The notes under the pieces were generated by a model. The model searched no databases. It worked only from the letters and a program-made list of their open reading frames with translations, and was not told the origin of the DNA. From NCBI GenBank assembly GCA_030647125.1, contig JAUSKC010000017.1, positions 12,664-76,663 on the forward strand: 64,000 bases of DNA. Direction: 5' to 3'. Shown one piece after another: positions 8,559 to 18,395 of the stretch. The translations under genes and the position numbers were made by a program. The stretch's first letter is position 1. The number at the start of each line of letters is the position of its first letter. This DNA is from Nanobdellota archaeon (lineage in GTDB: Archaea; Nanobdellota; Nanobdellia; Pacearchaeales; GW2011-AR1).

Positions 8559-9068
8559 ATGACAGATTTAATATATTTTCTAAAATCTAACAAAAGTTCA
8601 AGAAAGATTTTCGGTCAGAGAGAAATCAAAATAATTGAAAAACAACTTTATGGGATTAACTTAACTCAATCAGAAAAAAATCGACTTTCAAGGGATATAA
8701 GGGAAAAACTTAAACTAATCAAAGAACTTTCAAAATTTGAAGATGAATTTAGATTAAAAAAAGGAGCAAAAATCAAAGAAATTATTGAAGAAACAAAAGA
8801 AGTCATTCTTGAAGATGAACTTTCCAAGAAAATCAAGAAAATATTTTTGTTTGGAAGCACAGCAGAAAGACAAAGAAGCTTCAGATCAGATATTGATATA
8901 GCTATCGAATTCAAAGAAATAAATAAAGAGGATGCTAAGCTTTTTATGAAAAGAATGTTTGGGAAATTAAAAGAAGGAGTTCACATAAATATTTATAATA
9001 TTGTTCCAGATAAAATAAAAAAAGGGATTGATGAAAAGGGAGAGGTGATTTTTAATGGCGAGAATTGA
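8559..9068 (+). CDS. minimal nucleotidyltransferase (MNT/MntA-like antitoxin) with roughly 90-aa N-terminal extension
   Basis: LFGSTAERQRSFRSDIDIAIEF gives the GS...DxD NTase motif. It overlaps the downstream HEPN gene by 14 nt. Confidence 0.7.
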   Translation: MTDLIYFLKSNKSSRKIFGQREIKIIEKQLYGINLTQSEKNRLSRDIREKLKLIKELSKFEDEFRLKKGAKIKEIIEETKEVILEDELSKKIKKIFLFGSTAERQRSFRSDIDIAIEFKEINKEDAKLFMKRMFGKLKEGVHINIYNIVPDKIKKGIDEKGEVIFNGEN

Positions 9069-9453
9069 AGATAAAAAAGAGGAAATACAAAATTATCTAG
9101 AAGAGTTAGGGACAATCTTACCTCGAGATTTTGAAGAGTATCAAAGAGATTATGTAAAAAAGGCCGCTTGTGAAAGATATTTTGAAAGAATTATTGGGGC
9201 GGTCACAGACCTGGCATTTATATTTATAAAAGAAAATAAACTAAAAATTCCTGAAGAAGAAAAAGAGATTTTTGATATTCTAGTAAATGAAGAAATAATA
9301 AAAAAAGATCTTGGAGCAAGACTAAAAGATGCTAGGGGAATGAGGAATATTATTGCCCATCAATATGGCAAGGTTGACGATGAGATTGTGTTTGAATCAA
9401 TAACATCTCAATTAATTAAAGATATCGAAGAATTTATGGAGAAAATAGTATGA
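9055..9453 (+). CDS. HEPN/DUF86 (HepT-like) toxin
   Basis: RNIIAHQY matches the Rx4HxY HEPN RNase motif. Size and partner gene fit a type VII/HEPN-MNT toxin-antitoxin pair. Confidence 0.75.
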   Translation: MARIEDKKEEIQNYLEELGTILPRDFEEYQRDYVKKAACERYFERIIGAVTDLAFIFIKENKLKIPEEEKEIFDILVNEEIIKKDLGARLKDARGMRNIIAHQYGKVDDEIVFESITSQLIKDIEEFMEKIV

Positions 9454-10601
9454 AACCTATAATAATTACAAAAATAAAAAACCTGCGAGGAAAGAAAGTT
9501 CTTGTTCGCGTTGACCTTAATTGCACTGTTGTTAAGGGCAGAGTTATTGAAAGCGATAGAATAAAAGCACATGCTGAAACATTGAAATACTTAAAGAAAA
9601 AAGGCGCGAAAGTTGTTGTGCTCGCACATCAAGGAGAAAAAGGTGGAAAAGATTTAATATGTTTAGAACAGCACGCGCGTTTATTAAACAAATATGTTAA
9701 AATTAAATTTGTTGATCAAGTTTTCGGGGAGAAAGCTTGGGAAGCAATGAATTCTTTGAAGAACGGCGACGCTATTTTACTTGATAATGTAAGATTTGTA
9801 AAAGAAGAGTACGAACCTTCAGAAGATAATGGATTTGTTCAGTTTATGAAACAAGAAAATTTTGATTACTTCGTGCAGGATGCATTTTCAGTTTGTCACA
9901 GAAACCAAACGTCTGTAGTTTCTTTTCCTCGCGTTATTACTCCAACAATTGGTTTGGTTATGGAAAAAGAATTAGAAAATGCTTATAAAATAAAAAGAAA
10001 ATCAAAAAATGCTTTATTTATTCTAGGAGGGTTGAAAGTTAAAGATGTTGTTTCTTTGATTAAATACAAGAATATTATTGCAACAGGGAGAGTTGCTTTT
10101 TATGGATTGACTGCTGATGGAATTGATTTGGGAAAAGAAAGTAAAGAGGTCTTGAAAGACAAAGAAAATCTTAAACATGTTAAAGATAATATTAAAAATT
10201 TAATTCTTCCTTCGGACTTGGCCGTTGATTTCAATGGAAGAAGAAAAGATACAGATCTTGGAGAGTTCCCGGTTAATAGGAATATTTTTGATATAGGAAA
10301 GAATTCTGCTAATGAATTTGCAGCGCACATTTTAAAACTCAAAAGCACAGACGTTGTTTTCTACAAAGGGGCTCCTGGAAATTTTGAAACACACGGGTTT
10401 GATTACGGAACAAAAAAGATATTAAACGCTTTGGCCAAAACAAAGGCATACACAATTCTTTCTGGAGGAAGTGGAAGTGACGCACTGAATAAATTTGGCT
10501 TGAGAAAAAAGAACTTTAATTATATTTCATTATCCGGAGGAGCTTTGGTAAGATATATTGCCGGAGAAAAACTTCCAGGGTTGGAAGCGTTGGGGTTGTA
10601 A
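9450..10601 (+). CDS. pgk: phosphoglycerate kinase
   Basis: KKVLVRVDLN N-terminal motif and a GGG/SGGSG-type C-terminal domain. The start overlaps the HEPN stop (ATGA). Confidence 0.85.
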   Translation: MKPIIITKIKNLRGKKVLVRVDLNCTVVKGRVIESDRIKAHAETLKYLKKKGAKVVVLAHQGEKGGKDLICLEQHARLLNKYVKIKFVDQVFGEKAWEAMNSLKNGDAILLDNVRFVKEEYEPSEDNGFVQFMKQENFDYFVQDAFSVCHRNQTSVVSFPRVITPTIGLVMEKELENAYKIKRKSKNALFILGGLKVKDVVSLIKYKNIIATGRVAFYGLTADGIDLGKESKEVLKDKENLKHVKDNIKNLILPSDLAVDFNGRRKDTDLGEFPVNRNIFDIGKNSANEFAAHILKLKSTDVVFYKGAPGNFETHGFDYGTKKILNALAKTKAYTILSGGSGSDALNKFGLRKKNFNYISLSGGALVRYIAGEKLPGLEALGL

Positions 10602-10611
10602 ATTTTTATTC

Positions 10612-12030
10612 TCAACCAAATAACTTACCGAACCAATCAATTATCTTTTGGAATAATCCTGGACTAACACATTTGTTGTCAATACATAAATTTGAAGAAC
10701 ACTCAAAATTATTATCACAAGTTGATTCGCCCTTTAGTTGCTCTGTAAATCCTCCGTTATCAGAACAAAACTGCCCGCCTTTTCTATATCCAAATTGATA
10801 GCACTTTCCATCTAAAGGACATGAATCTTTGCAAGTTAGAATTGGTTCAGTAGATGTTCCTGATTCAGTTTGTCCTGGAAATTTACATTTTCCTTCAACA
10901 CAAGTATATGAAGCACCAATACATTTTTCTTCTTCTGCTTCTTTACATTTATATTGTGGACAATCAGTATCGACTTTACATTCTTGAACAGGAGTAGCAG
11001 TAGGAGTAGTTGATGTTTCTTCAACATAGCATTCATTTGTCACAGAAAAACTATTCACCCCGCATTTCCCTAAACATTTATCTATATTTTCTTGACTTTC
11101 ATCTGGATTTTGTTTACATTTTTTAGGATCATTCTCACAGCGACTAGCACAAAAATTAGATGCAAATTCTTTCCAAAAATCTGCGGTCTTACATGCTTCT
11201 CTTTCAGTTGACTTGCTTTCTTCTCCATCATAACACTGAAAATATGCATTTTTAAATCCTTTATTTTTTATTTGAGTTGTTGTTGTCTCTCCGATTTTAC
11301 ATTCAAATTCAGCATTTTCATTTTGCCCATCAATTATAGTGGGAATATAACTTCCACAAGTGCTTTTCCATATCATTTTTTCATCTTTATATCCTTGAAC
11401 AGTCATTACACAACTATCTTTTCCTAAGCAAAAAAACCTAAAATTATTCTCCGAAAGATAACACTTTTGTTCAGTATCAGAATTTTTAAAAATACAAGTA
11501 ATTTGTTCTGAAATTGGTTCGCCTTTTACACATGCTCCATCTTTACAACCATTAAGACAATTAAATGCTGTTTTTTTTGCTTCATTATTTTCACAATAAT
11601 ATTCTGTAAGAGTATTATAATCTCCGCACAAATCAGTATGTCCTAAATCATCTGCTGCACCTTTCATAATACCTTTTTCATAAAAATTACCATTATCACT
11701 ATCTGTACATATTTGAGTTGGCTGTCCAATTGATTGAACAGGTGTAACAATAACAGGAGTAGGGGTAGTGGTAGCGGGAGGAGTAACCGAGCCTACTGAT
11801 ACAGAGCAAATATTTTCAACACAACGACATTCTTTTGCTTGTAAATTTGCCTTAACACATTCAGGAATTTTATAAGATTGATTCATGCACGAATTATCAT
11901 TACAACTATCAACCTTGCAGTCAGAATCTTGAGAGCATGATTTAAATTCTTCAGCAGTAACTGTAATAGGGCTTAAAAATATTCCCAATAAAAAAATAAC
12001 ACTAATAAATATTATTACTCCCCTTTTCAT
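10612..12030 (-). CDS. secreted cysteine-rich protein (42 Cys by my count in 472 aa)
   Basis: N-terminal signal/anchor helix (VIIFISVIFLLGIFL), Thr/Pro linkers (TPPATTTPTPV, TSTTPTATP) and repeated CxxxxC-type modules, including CTDSDNG...CGDY...EYYC...C.NGCKDGAC. Confidence 0.6.
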   Translation of the reverse strand: MKRGVIIFISVIFLLGIFLSPITVTAEEFKSCSQDSDCKVDSCNDNSCMNQSYKIPECVKANLQAKECRCVENICSVSVGSVTPPATTTPTPVIVTPVQSIGQPTQICTDSDNGNFYEKGIMKGAADDLGHTDLCGDYNTLTEYYCENNEAKKTAFNCLNGCKDGACVKGEPISEQITCIFKNSDTEQKCYLSENNFRFFCLGKDSCVMTVQGYKDEKMIWKSTCGSYIPTIIDGQNENAEFECKIGETTTTQIKNKGFKNAYFQCYDGEESKSTEREACKTADFWKEFASNFCASRCENDPKKCKQNPDESQENIDKCLGKCGVNSFSVTNECYVEETSTTPTATPVQECKVDTDCPQYKCKEAEEEKCIGASYTCVEGKCKFPGQTESGTSTEPILTCKDSCPLDGKCYQFGYRKGGQFCSDNGGFTEQLKGESTCDNNFECSSNLCIDNKCVSPGLFQKIIDWFGKLFG

Positions 12031-12112
12031 TAAATAATAATAAAAACAAGATATATAAAATTAACCACTTAAAATTTTATCTTGGCACAAATAATTCAGG
12101 TCCGGGGAGCAC

Positions 12113-12562
12113 TTAACTTCCTAAATTAGAGAATTTTCTTAAACGCCTTTCGTGTCTTCCACCACCAAATTTTGTTTTTAAAAATTCGCTTATTGCTTTT
12201 TTTGCTTCGGTCTCTTTGACGAAGAAACAGCCTATGCAAAGAATGTTTGCGTCGTTATGTTCCCTTGAAAGTTTTGATATTTTTGAGTTTTTCCCGTAAT
12301 AAACTGCGGCACGAATACCCTTAAATTTATTTGCAAGCATAGCTTCACCTTGGCCAGAGCCGGCAAAGATTAAGCCGACGGACGCCTTTTCTTTTTTAAA
12401 TGCTTTAATCATTGATAAAATATAATCTGGGTAATCGTCGTCTTTATCAAATCTATGTGGCCCAAGATCATTTACCTCGTAACCTTGCTTTTCAAGCCAC
12501 GCTTTTATTTCTTCTTTTAATTTAAATCCTGCATGGTCGCCTGATAAATAAATGGTTTTCAT
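12113..12562 (-). CDS. rpiB: ribose-5-phosphate isomerase B
   Basis: IYLSGDHAGFKLKEEI N-terminus, and GSGQGEAMLANK and CIG motifs of RpiB/LacAB. Confidence 0.85.
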   Translation of the reverse strand: MKTIYLSGDHAGFKLKEEIKAWLEKQGYEVNDLGPHRFDKDDDYPDYILSMIKAFKKEKASVGLIFAGSGQGEAMLANKFKGIRAAVYYGKNSKISKLSREHNDANILCIGCFFVKETEAKKAISEFLKTKFGGGRHERRLRKFSNLGS

Positions 12563-12656
12563 CTCTTTTATTATAATTAGAAAGAAGAGTTTTTTAATTT
12601 ATCTTATTGCAAAAGAAATTAACATCCCGAATATTTAAATAGTTATTAAGAAATCG

Positions 12657-13850
12657 TTGAACATGGACATCTATAAAGAATCGCTTGACTTGCATAAGAA
12701 GAATAAAGGAAAGTTAGGGATAATATCAAAAGTTCCGCTAAAAGACAAAAAGGACTTGAGCTTGGCTTACACCCCTGGAGTCGCAGAACCGTGCAGAGAA
12801 ATTGCAAAAGATGTTTCTAAGGCCTATGAATACACAATAAAACAAAACACTATAGGAGTTGTAACTGACGGCAGCGCAGTGCTTGGATTGGGAAATATAG
12901 GAGCTGAAGCCGCCTTGCCAGTAATGGAAGGAAAATGTATTCTTATGAAAGAATTTGCAGATATTGATGCCTTTCCAATATGCATTAAAACACAAGATCC
13001 AAAAGAAATTGTTAGTATTGTAAAAAATATTGCTCCGGTATTTGGAGGGATAAATTTAGAAGATATTTCTGCGCCGAGATGTTTTGAAATTGAAAAAGAG
13101 TTACAAGGTATTGGAATTCCTGTATTTCATGACGACCAGCACGGAACTGCTATTGTTATTTTAGCTGCATTAATTAATTCATTAAAAATAGTAGGGAAAA
13201 AATTTGAAGATATTACTTTAGTTATAAACGGCGCGGGTGCGGCAGGGATAGCTATAACAAAGTTCCTCAAATGTGTGGATATAAAATCTAGTTTATATCC
13301 TCCGGTAAAAGATATCATTGTTGTGGATACAAAAGGAATAATTCATAGGAACAGAGACGACTTGAACGAAATAAAAAAAGAGATCTCGGTTTTTACAAAC
13401 AAAAATAACATAAAAGGAAGTTTAGCAGACGCCATGAAAAATGCTGATGTTTTTATAGGGGTCTCAGCGCCAAATAGCGTTACGGAAGAAATGATTAAAT
13501 CAATGAATAAAAGAGCAATTGTATTTGCAATGTCTAATCCAGTTCCTGAAATTATGCCGGATATAGCCTTGAAGGCCGGAGCAGAAATTGTAGGCACTGG
13601 AAGAAGCGATTTTCCAAATCAGATAAATAACGTTCTTGCTTTCCCAGGAGTATTCAGAGGAGCGTTAGACGCCAAAGCAAAAGTAATAACCCCAGAAATG
13701 AAATACGCTGCAGCGTATGCTCTTGCAAAGTGTGTTAAGAATCCTAAAAAAGAGGAGGTCTTGCCAAATCCTTTAGATAAAAATGTTCCAAAGGTAATTG
13801 CAGAGGCAGTAAGATTGAAAGCAATTGAACAAGGTGTTGTTAGAGATTAA
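12657..13850 (+). CDS. NAD(P)-dependent malic enzyme (short form)
   Basis: LSLAYTPGVAEPC, FHDDQHGTA and GAGAAG motifs. The track start is TTG at 12657. An ATG at 12663 is an equally plausible start. Confidence 0.85.
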   Translation: MNMDIYKESLDLHKKNKGKLGIISKVPLKDKKDLSLAYTPGVAEPCREIAKDVSKAYEYTIKQNTIGVVTDGSAVLGLGNIGAEAALPVMEGKCILMKEFADIDAFPICIKTQDPKEIVSIVKNIAPVFGGINLEDISAPRCFEIEKELQGIGIPVFHDDQHGTAIVILAALINSLKIVGKKFEDITLVINGAGAAGIAITKFLKCVDIKSSLYPPVKDIIVVDTKGIIHRNRDDLNEIKKEISVFTNKNNIKGSLADAMKNADVFIGVSAPNSVTEEMIKSMNKRAIVFAMSNPVPEIMPDIALKAGAEIVGTGRSDFPNQINNVLAFPGVFRGALDAKAKVITPEMKYAAAYALAKCVKNPKKEEVLPNPLDKNVPKVIAEAVRLKAIEQGVVRD

Positions 13851-13869
13851 AGAGCCATTTATTTTCTAT

Positions 13870-14013
13870 TTATCTTTTATTATCTGCCCATAAGAAAACC
13901 AATCCAATGGCAAGCCAAAATGCTGCCCCAAGCCAGTTTTTATCTTTGAAAACATCCAATGCAGCAACTCCAAAGAATAAAATAAATATAACAAAGTTTG
14001 TTCCGAATTTCAT
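13870..14013 (-). CDS. possible small membrane protein (47 aa), below the ORF-track cutoff
   Basis: Own translation: MKFGTNFVIFILFFGVAALDVFKDKNWLGAAFWLAIGLVFLWADNKR*, with two hydrophobic helices. No other support. Confidence 0.3.
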   Translation of the reverse strand: MKFGTNFVIFILFFGVAALDVFKDKNWLGAAFWLAIGLVFLWADNKR

Positions 14014-14059
14014 ATTGTAAGAAACGAGAGGTGATTTATAAATATGATGAAGAATTAAC

Positions 14060-14506
14060 TTAAAAATTCTCTTTATTGTAAATTGTTCTTTTATTTAGAT
14101 AATATATAATAAACCAATACTTTATCCAATCTTCTCCCCCTACTTTGTTTATATTTCTATTCCAAATATTGCCTATTGCATCAGTTAAAATATGCACAGA
14201 AAAAGAAACAGCAATTACAAAGATTGTTTGAAAATATAAGCCTAAAATAAAAATCAATGTTAGAAATTCAAAAGTGTGAAAGAGATGCATGCTTTTTTGA
14301 CCAGATTGATAATTATATTCCCTATATCTTTTAGGATTCCATAAGTCGGCACTTTTTAACTTTCTCTTTTTAGGAAGCCCCATATCTGTGATGTGGTCTA
14401 AATCTATAAGAACAGATGCTAGAATAAATATAACTACAAAAGGTAAATTTAATCCTAAAATTAAAGCAAAAACTATTCCAACAAGGAGATGGGTTATTAT
14501 ATGCAT
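14060..14506 (-). CDS. membrane-bound metal-dependent hydrolase-like protein (YdjM/DUF457-like)
   Basis: MHIITHLLVG start, a DLDH motif and multiple TM helices. Confidence 0.5.
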   Translation of the reverse strand: MHIITHLLVGIVFALILGLNLPFVVIFILASVLIDLDHITDMGLPKKRKLKSADLWNPKRYREYNYQSGQKSMHLFHTFEFLTLIFILGLYFQTIFVIAVSFSVHILTDAIGNIWNRNINKVGGEDWIKYWFIIYYLNKRTIYNKENF

Positions 14507-14580
14507 AAAGAATAATATTATTTGAAATTTAATAATCTTCTGGAAAGATTTATATTCTTATATTAAGATATATACTAGAG

Positions 14581-16401
14581 GTGAAAATGAATTCAGTTAA
14601 AGACCTGCAATCAATTGCAAATGTTCTAAGAAGAGATGTTCTTATAAGTACGTCCTCTGCTGGAAGCGGACATCCGACATCGTGTTTATCATGCGCTGAA
14701 ATCATTGCAACATTATTCTTCAAGGAAATGAAATGGGACGTTAACAATTCAAATAATAAGGATAACGACGAATTTATCTTATCTAAGGGGCATGCCGCAC
14801 CTATTTTGTATTCTGTATTGAAACGCGCAGGCGCAATAAAAGATGATTTAACAGGACTAAGAAAAGTAAATTCCAGATTAGAAGGACATCCTATACCTTA
14901 TTCTGATTCACATATTAAAGTTGCAACAGGAAGTTTGGGGCAAGGACTTAGCGTCGGAGTTGGAATGGCTTTGGCAGGAAAATTGGAAAAGCGCAGATTC
15001 AGAACTTTTGTTTTACTAGGCGATTCAGAAATGGCTGAAGGTTCGAACTACGAAGCAATGGAAATTGCAGCACATTATAAATTAAATAATTTAATTGCAA
15101 TCGTCGATATAAATCGACTTGGACAAAGAGGAGAAACATTAGATGGTTGGAATTTGGAACATTATAAGAAGAAATTTGAATCATTTGGATGGAGTGTTGC
15201 AGAAGTTAACGGACATAAAATTGATGAATTAATTAAGGCGTTTGAAAAAGCTCAAAAGAATAAAGGAAGACCTTTTGTTATTCTGGCAAAAACGGTAAAA
15301 GGAAAAGGTGTCTCTTTCTTAGAGAATAAAAATGGGTGGCATGGAAGAGCGCTTGACGAGAAAGAACTTGAAAAAGCACTAAAAGGAATTAAAGAAGTTG
15401 AAATGCCCTTGATAAAAATTGAGAAACCAAAGGAGATTCAGATTAAGGAATTTAAGGACAAGAAAATTATTTTTACAAAATATAAAAAAGGGAATGAAGT
15501 GGCAACGCGAGAGGCATATGGAAATGCTTTGGCTTTAATGGCTTCAGCTGAAAGAAATGTTATTGCTATCGATGGAGAGGTTTCTAATTCAACAAAATCA
15601 GAAAATGTCAAGAAAAAAAGTCCTGCGCAGTTTATTGAAGCATACATCGCAGAACAAAATATGATTGGAATGGCTTTGGGATTAAGCAAAAAGGGCCTCC
15701 ATGTTTTTGCTTCAACGTTTGCTGCATTTTTAACGCGCGCTCATGACCAGATAAGAATGTCCGCTTATTCAAAAGGAAATTTCACAATATGCGGCTCGCA
15801 TTCAGGGGTATCAATAGGAAAGGATGGAGCTTCACAAATGGGGTTGGAAGATATAGGAATGTTCCGAGGACTTCCTAATTCAATAATCTTTTATCCTTCC
15901 GACGCTGTTTCAACAGAAAGAATTTTATTTGAATGCAAAAATTTAAGCGGAATAAAATATATCAGAACGACACGAGGTAAAACTCCTGTAATTTATTCTG
16001 AAAATGAAAAATTTGAAGTTGGGGATTTCAAAGTTCTGAGGGAAACGAATAAAGATGTTGCAGTTATTGTTGGGGCAGGAATAACACTTCATGAATCCCT
16101 TAAAGCGCATGACGAGTTAAAAAAGAAAAATAAAAATGTTGCAGTTATTGACTTATATTGTGTTAAGCCGTTTAATTCTAAGAAGTTTATTGACTTCGTG
16201 AAGGGACATGGAAACAAAGTTATTGTTGCTGAGGATCATTACGAAGCTGGAGGAATTGGAGAGATGATCTCAAAAATTTTAGTAGGAACTGGGATTGGGA
16301 TAAAGCATCTTTGCATACGCGCAACACCTCACTCAGGAAAACCAGAAGAGTTATTAGAAAAGTACGGAATTGATGCTAAAGCAATTGTGAAGAGTGTATG
16401 A
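14581..16401 (+). CDS. tkt: transketolase (single polypeptide)
   Basis: GSGHPTS, LSKGHA and GDSEMAEG (ThDP motif) N-domain, plus pyrimidine-binding and C-terminal domains. GTG at 14581 or ATG at 14587 as start. Confidence 0.9.
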   Translation: MKMNSVKDLQSIANVLRRDVLISTSSAGSGHPTSCLSCAEIIATLFFKEMKWDVNNSNNKDNDEFILSKGHAAPILYSVLKRAGAIKDDLTGLRKVNSRLEGHPIPYSDSHIKVATGSLGQGLSVGVGMALAGKLEKRRFRTFVLLGDSEMAEGSNYEAMEIAAHYKLNNLIAIVDINRLGQRGETLDGWNLEHYKKKFESFGWSVAEVNGHKIDELIKAFEKAQKNKGRPFVILAKTVKGKGVSFLENKNGWHGRALDEKELEKALKGIKEVEMPLIKIEKPKEIQIKEFKDKKIIFTKYKKGNEVATREAYGNALALMASAERNVIAIDGEVSNSTKSENVKKKSPAQFIEAYIAEQNMIGMALGLSKKGLHVFASTFAAFLTRAHDQIRMSAYSKGNFTICGSHSGVSIGKDGASQMGLEDIGMFRGLPNSIIFYPSDAVSTERILFECKNLSGIKYIRTTRGKTPVIYSENEKFEVGDFKVLRETNKDVAVIVGAGITLHESLKAHDELKKKNKNVAVIDLYCVKPFNSKKFIDFVKGHGNKVIVAEDHYEAGGIGEMISKILVGTGIGIKHLCIRATPHSGKPEELLEKYGIDAKAIVKSV

Positions 16402-16485
16402 TTCTGATAAAGAATAAAAATAAATGGTTGGAATTGATATATCTAGCAAGTCGTAAGAATTAAAAAATGATTAGGCCTAATTTGA

Positions 16486-16836
16486 TTAGTTCATTAATCT
16501 AAATTTAGTAAACATTAACCCAATAAAGATTCCTTCAGTAATTAATGGAAAAAGGTATCCAAATAAAGTGTAGTTTTCTTGCCCAATATAGATTGTTATA
16601 ATATAATCTATTACCGATATCGCTGTATAAAATATTAATCCCATCTTTTTCATATTCCAAACAAGTATCAACCCGATTAAGAGTAATAACTCAATAATAA
16701 GAGAATACCATACAGAAACATTAGTCAATTTCGAAAGAAAATCTTGAAAGAAAAAAATTCCAATAGTCGATAATACAATCCAAATAAACCCTAAAACACA
16801 TAAAACAGTAATAAGTGTGGGTCTTTCATTGGTCAT
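16486..16836 (-). CDS. small multi-pass membrane protein, hypothetical
   Basis: 116 aa with four hydrophobic segments. Confidence 0.45.
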   Translation of the reverse strand: MTNERPTLITVLCVLGFIWIVLSTIGIFFFQDFLSKLTNVSVWYSLIIELLLLIGLILVWNMKKMGLIFYTAISVIDYIITIYIGQENYTLFGYLFPLITEGIFIGLMFTKFRLMN

Positions 16837-17022
16837 ATCTCTTCTTATTTTTTATTATTTATAAAACTTACTAAATATTAACTTAACACTATAAAACATA
16901 CCTTTATATACTGAATTTTGAATGAATTATTGTAGTATTATAAGGATTATTATTTGTTACAAGTCTTTGAGTCGGTCTCATAAGGCTTGACTCAGGAATA
17001 TTTCTGATTGATATGAAAGCAA

Positions 17023-18348
17023 ATGGAACAATTTGAAAAATTGAAATTAAGTAAAGGTATTTTACAAGTAATTCAAGAACTTAGATTTGAAGCGCCTAGT
17101 GAAATACAAGAAAAAACGATTCCTCTTATTATAGAAGGGAGAGATGTTATTGCTAGCTCGGCAACCGGTTCTGGAAAGACCTTGGCATTTGGTTCTGGTA
17201 TTATAGAAAGAGCAAAGCCCGGCGAAGGAATTCAAGCACTTGTGTTAACGCCGACAAGAGAACTTGCAGAACAAAATGCGCGAAGTTTAAATGTGTTTTC
17301 AAGAAATTATGGATTAAACATAAAAGAAATTTACGGCGGAGTTCCTATGAATCCACAAATAAGAAATTTAAGAAGCGCGGATGTAGTCGTCGGAACTCCA
17401 GGAAGAATCTTGGATCATTTAAGAAATAATACAATTAATCTTAGAAAAGTAAAGGTCTTAGTTTTGGATGAAGCAGACAGAATGCTTGAAATGGGTTTCA
17501 TAAATGACGTCGAGCAAATTATAAATGCATGCCCTAAAGAAAGACAAACACTTTTATTTTCCGCAACAATAGATAGAGATATTGAAGTTATTGGCTCGCG
17601 CTATATGAAGAATCCGGCGAGAGTTGAAGTTAAGTCGTATGTTGATCCGTCAAAATTAAAGCAATTTTTTTATGATGTTCCACAAAGCATGAAATTTTCA
17701 TTGCTTGTTCATTTGCTAAAAAGTGAGAAAGAGGGCTTAGTAATGGTTTTTTGCAATACAAGAATAAACACCGATTTTGTCGCAAACAATTTGAAAAGAC
17801 AAGGAATTAATGCAATGGCAATTCATGGTGGTTTGGCCCAGAATAATCGAAACAGAATTATGAAGGACTTTCATGCAGGAGAGGTTTTAATTTTGGTTTG
17901 CACAGATGTGGCGACACGTGGCTTAGATGTAAAAAACGTTTCACACGTTTATAATTATGACACGCCAATGACTGCAAAAGAATACATTCATAGAATAGGA
18001 AGAACTGCAAGAGCAGGAAAAGAAGGAGTTGCAATTAGTTTAGTTTCTTCACGGGACTATGAAAACTTTGGAAATGTCTGCAATGATGAGTCGTTAAAAA
18101 TTGAGAACGTTCCGGTTCCAGAAGTTGAAAATTTAATGGTTGAAATTGTAAAAAGAAGATATGGCGGAAGAGGAAACTTTAATGGTGGAGGGTCTGATAG
18201 AAATAGGGATTCTGGTAGAGGTAATGGAAGAAGTAATTCTAGGGGCTTCGCAAGAACTTCTGGAGGAAGTTCTAGAGGAAGAACTTCTGGAGGAAGTTCT
18301 AGAGGTTTTAGCCGTGGAAGATCTGATGGACCTAGAAGAAGGTATTAA
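17023..18348 (+). CDS. DEAD-box ATP-dependent RNA helicase with C-terminal RGG/SR-rich tail
   Basis: Q-motif, ATGSGKT, PTRELA, DEAD, SAT and HRIGRTARAG motifs. The tail contains a tandem nucleotide repeat encoding TSGGSSRG twice. Confidence 0.9.
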   Translation: MEQFEKLKLSKGILQVIQELRFEAPSEIQEKTIPLIIEGRDVIASSATGSGKTLAFGSGIIERAKPGEGIQALVLTPTRELAEQNARSLNVFSRNYGLNIKEIYGGVPMNPQIRNLRSADVVVGTPGRILDHLRNNTINLRKVKVLVLDEADRMLEMGFINDVEQIINACPKERQTLLFSATIDRDIEVIGSRYMKNPARVEVKSYVDPSKLKQFFYDVPQSMKFSLLVHLLKSEKEGLVMVFCNTRINTDFVANNLKRQGINAMAIHGGLAQNNRNRIMKDFHAGEVLILVCTDVATRGLDVKNVSHVYNYDTPMTAKEYIHRIGRTARAGKEGVAISLVSSRDYENFGNVCNDESLKIENVPVPEVENLMVEIVKRRYGGRGNFNGGGSDRNRDSGRGNGRSNSRGFARTSGGSSRGRTSGGSSRGFSRGRSDGPRRRY

Positions 18349-18395
18349 CCAAATTATTTAAAAACATCTCTTATTTTCTTAATATATTAAAAGAG

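Noticed and set aside
16900-17022. A possible C/D-box sRNA or structured leader upstream of the DEAD-box helicase. It has tgaatga ... ctga, and an inverted repeat tgagtc-N15-gactca at about 16969-16995.
   Set aside because: The C-box has a mismatch, the box spacing (about 75 nt) is long for archaeal C/D sRNAs, and I saw no terminal stem or D'/C' boxes. The hairpin alone is not enough evidence.
18161-18361. Alternative-frame ORF (66 aa, Glu/Leu-rich) inside the helicase tail.
   Set aside because: It is the +1 frame of the repetitive RGG/SR-coding region. The helicase frame is continuous and explains the repeat.
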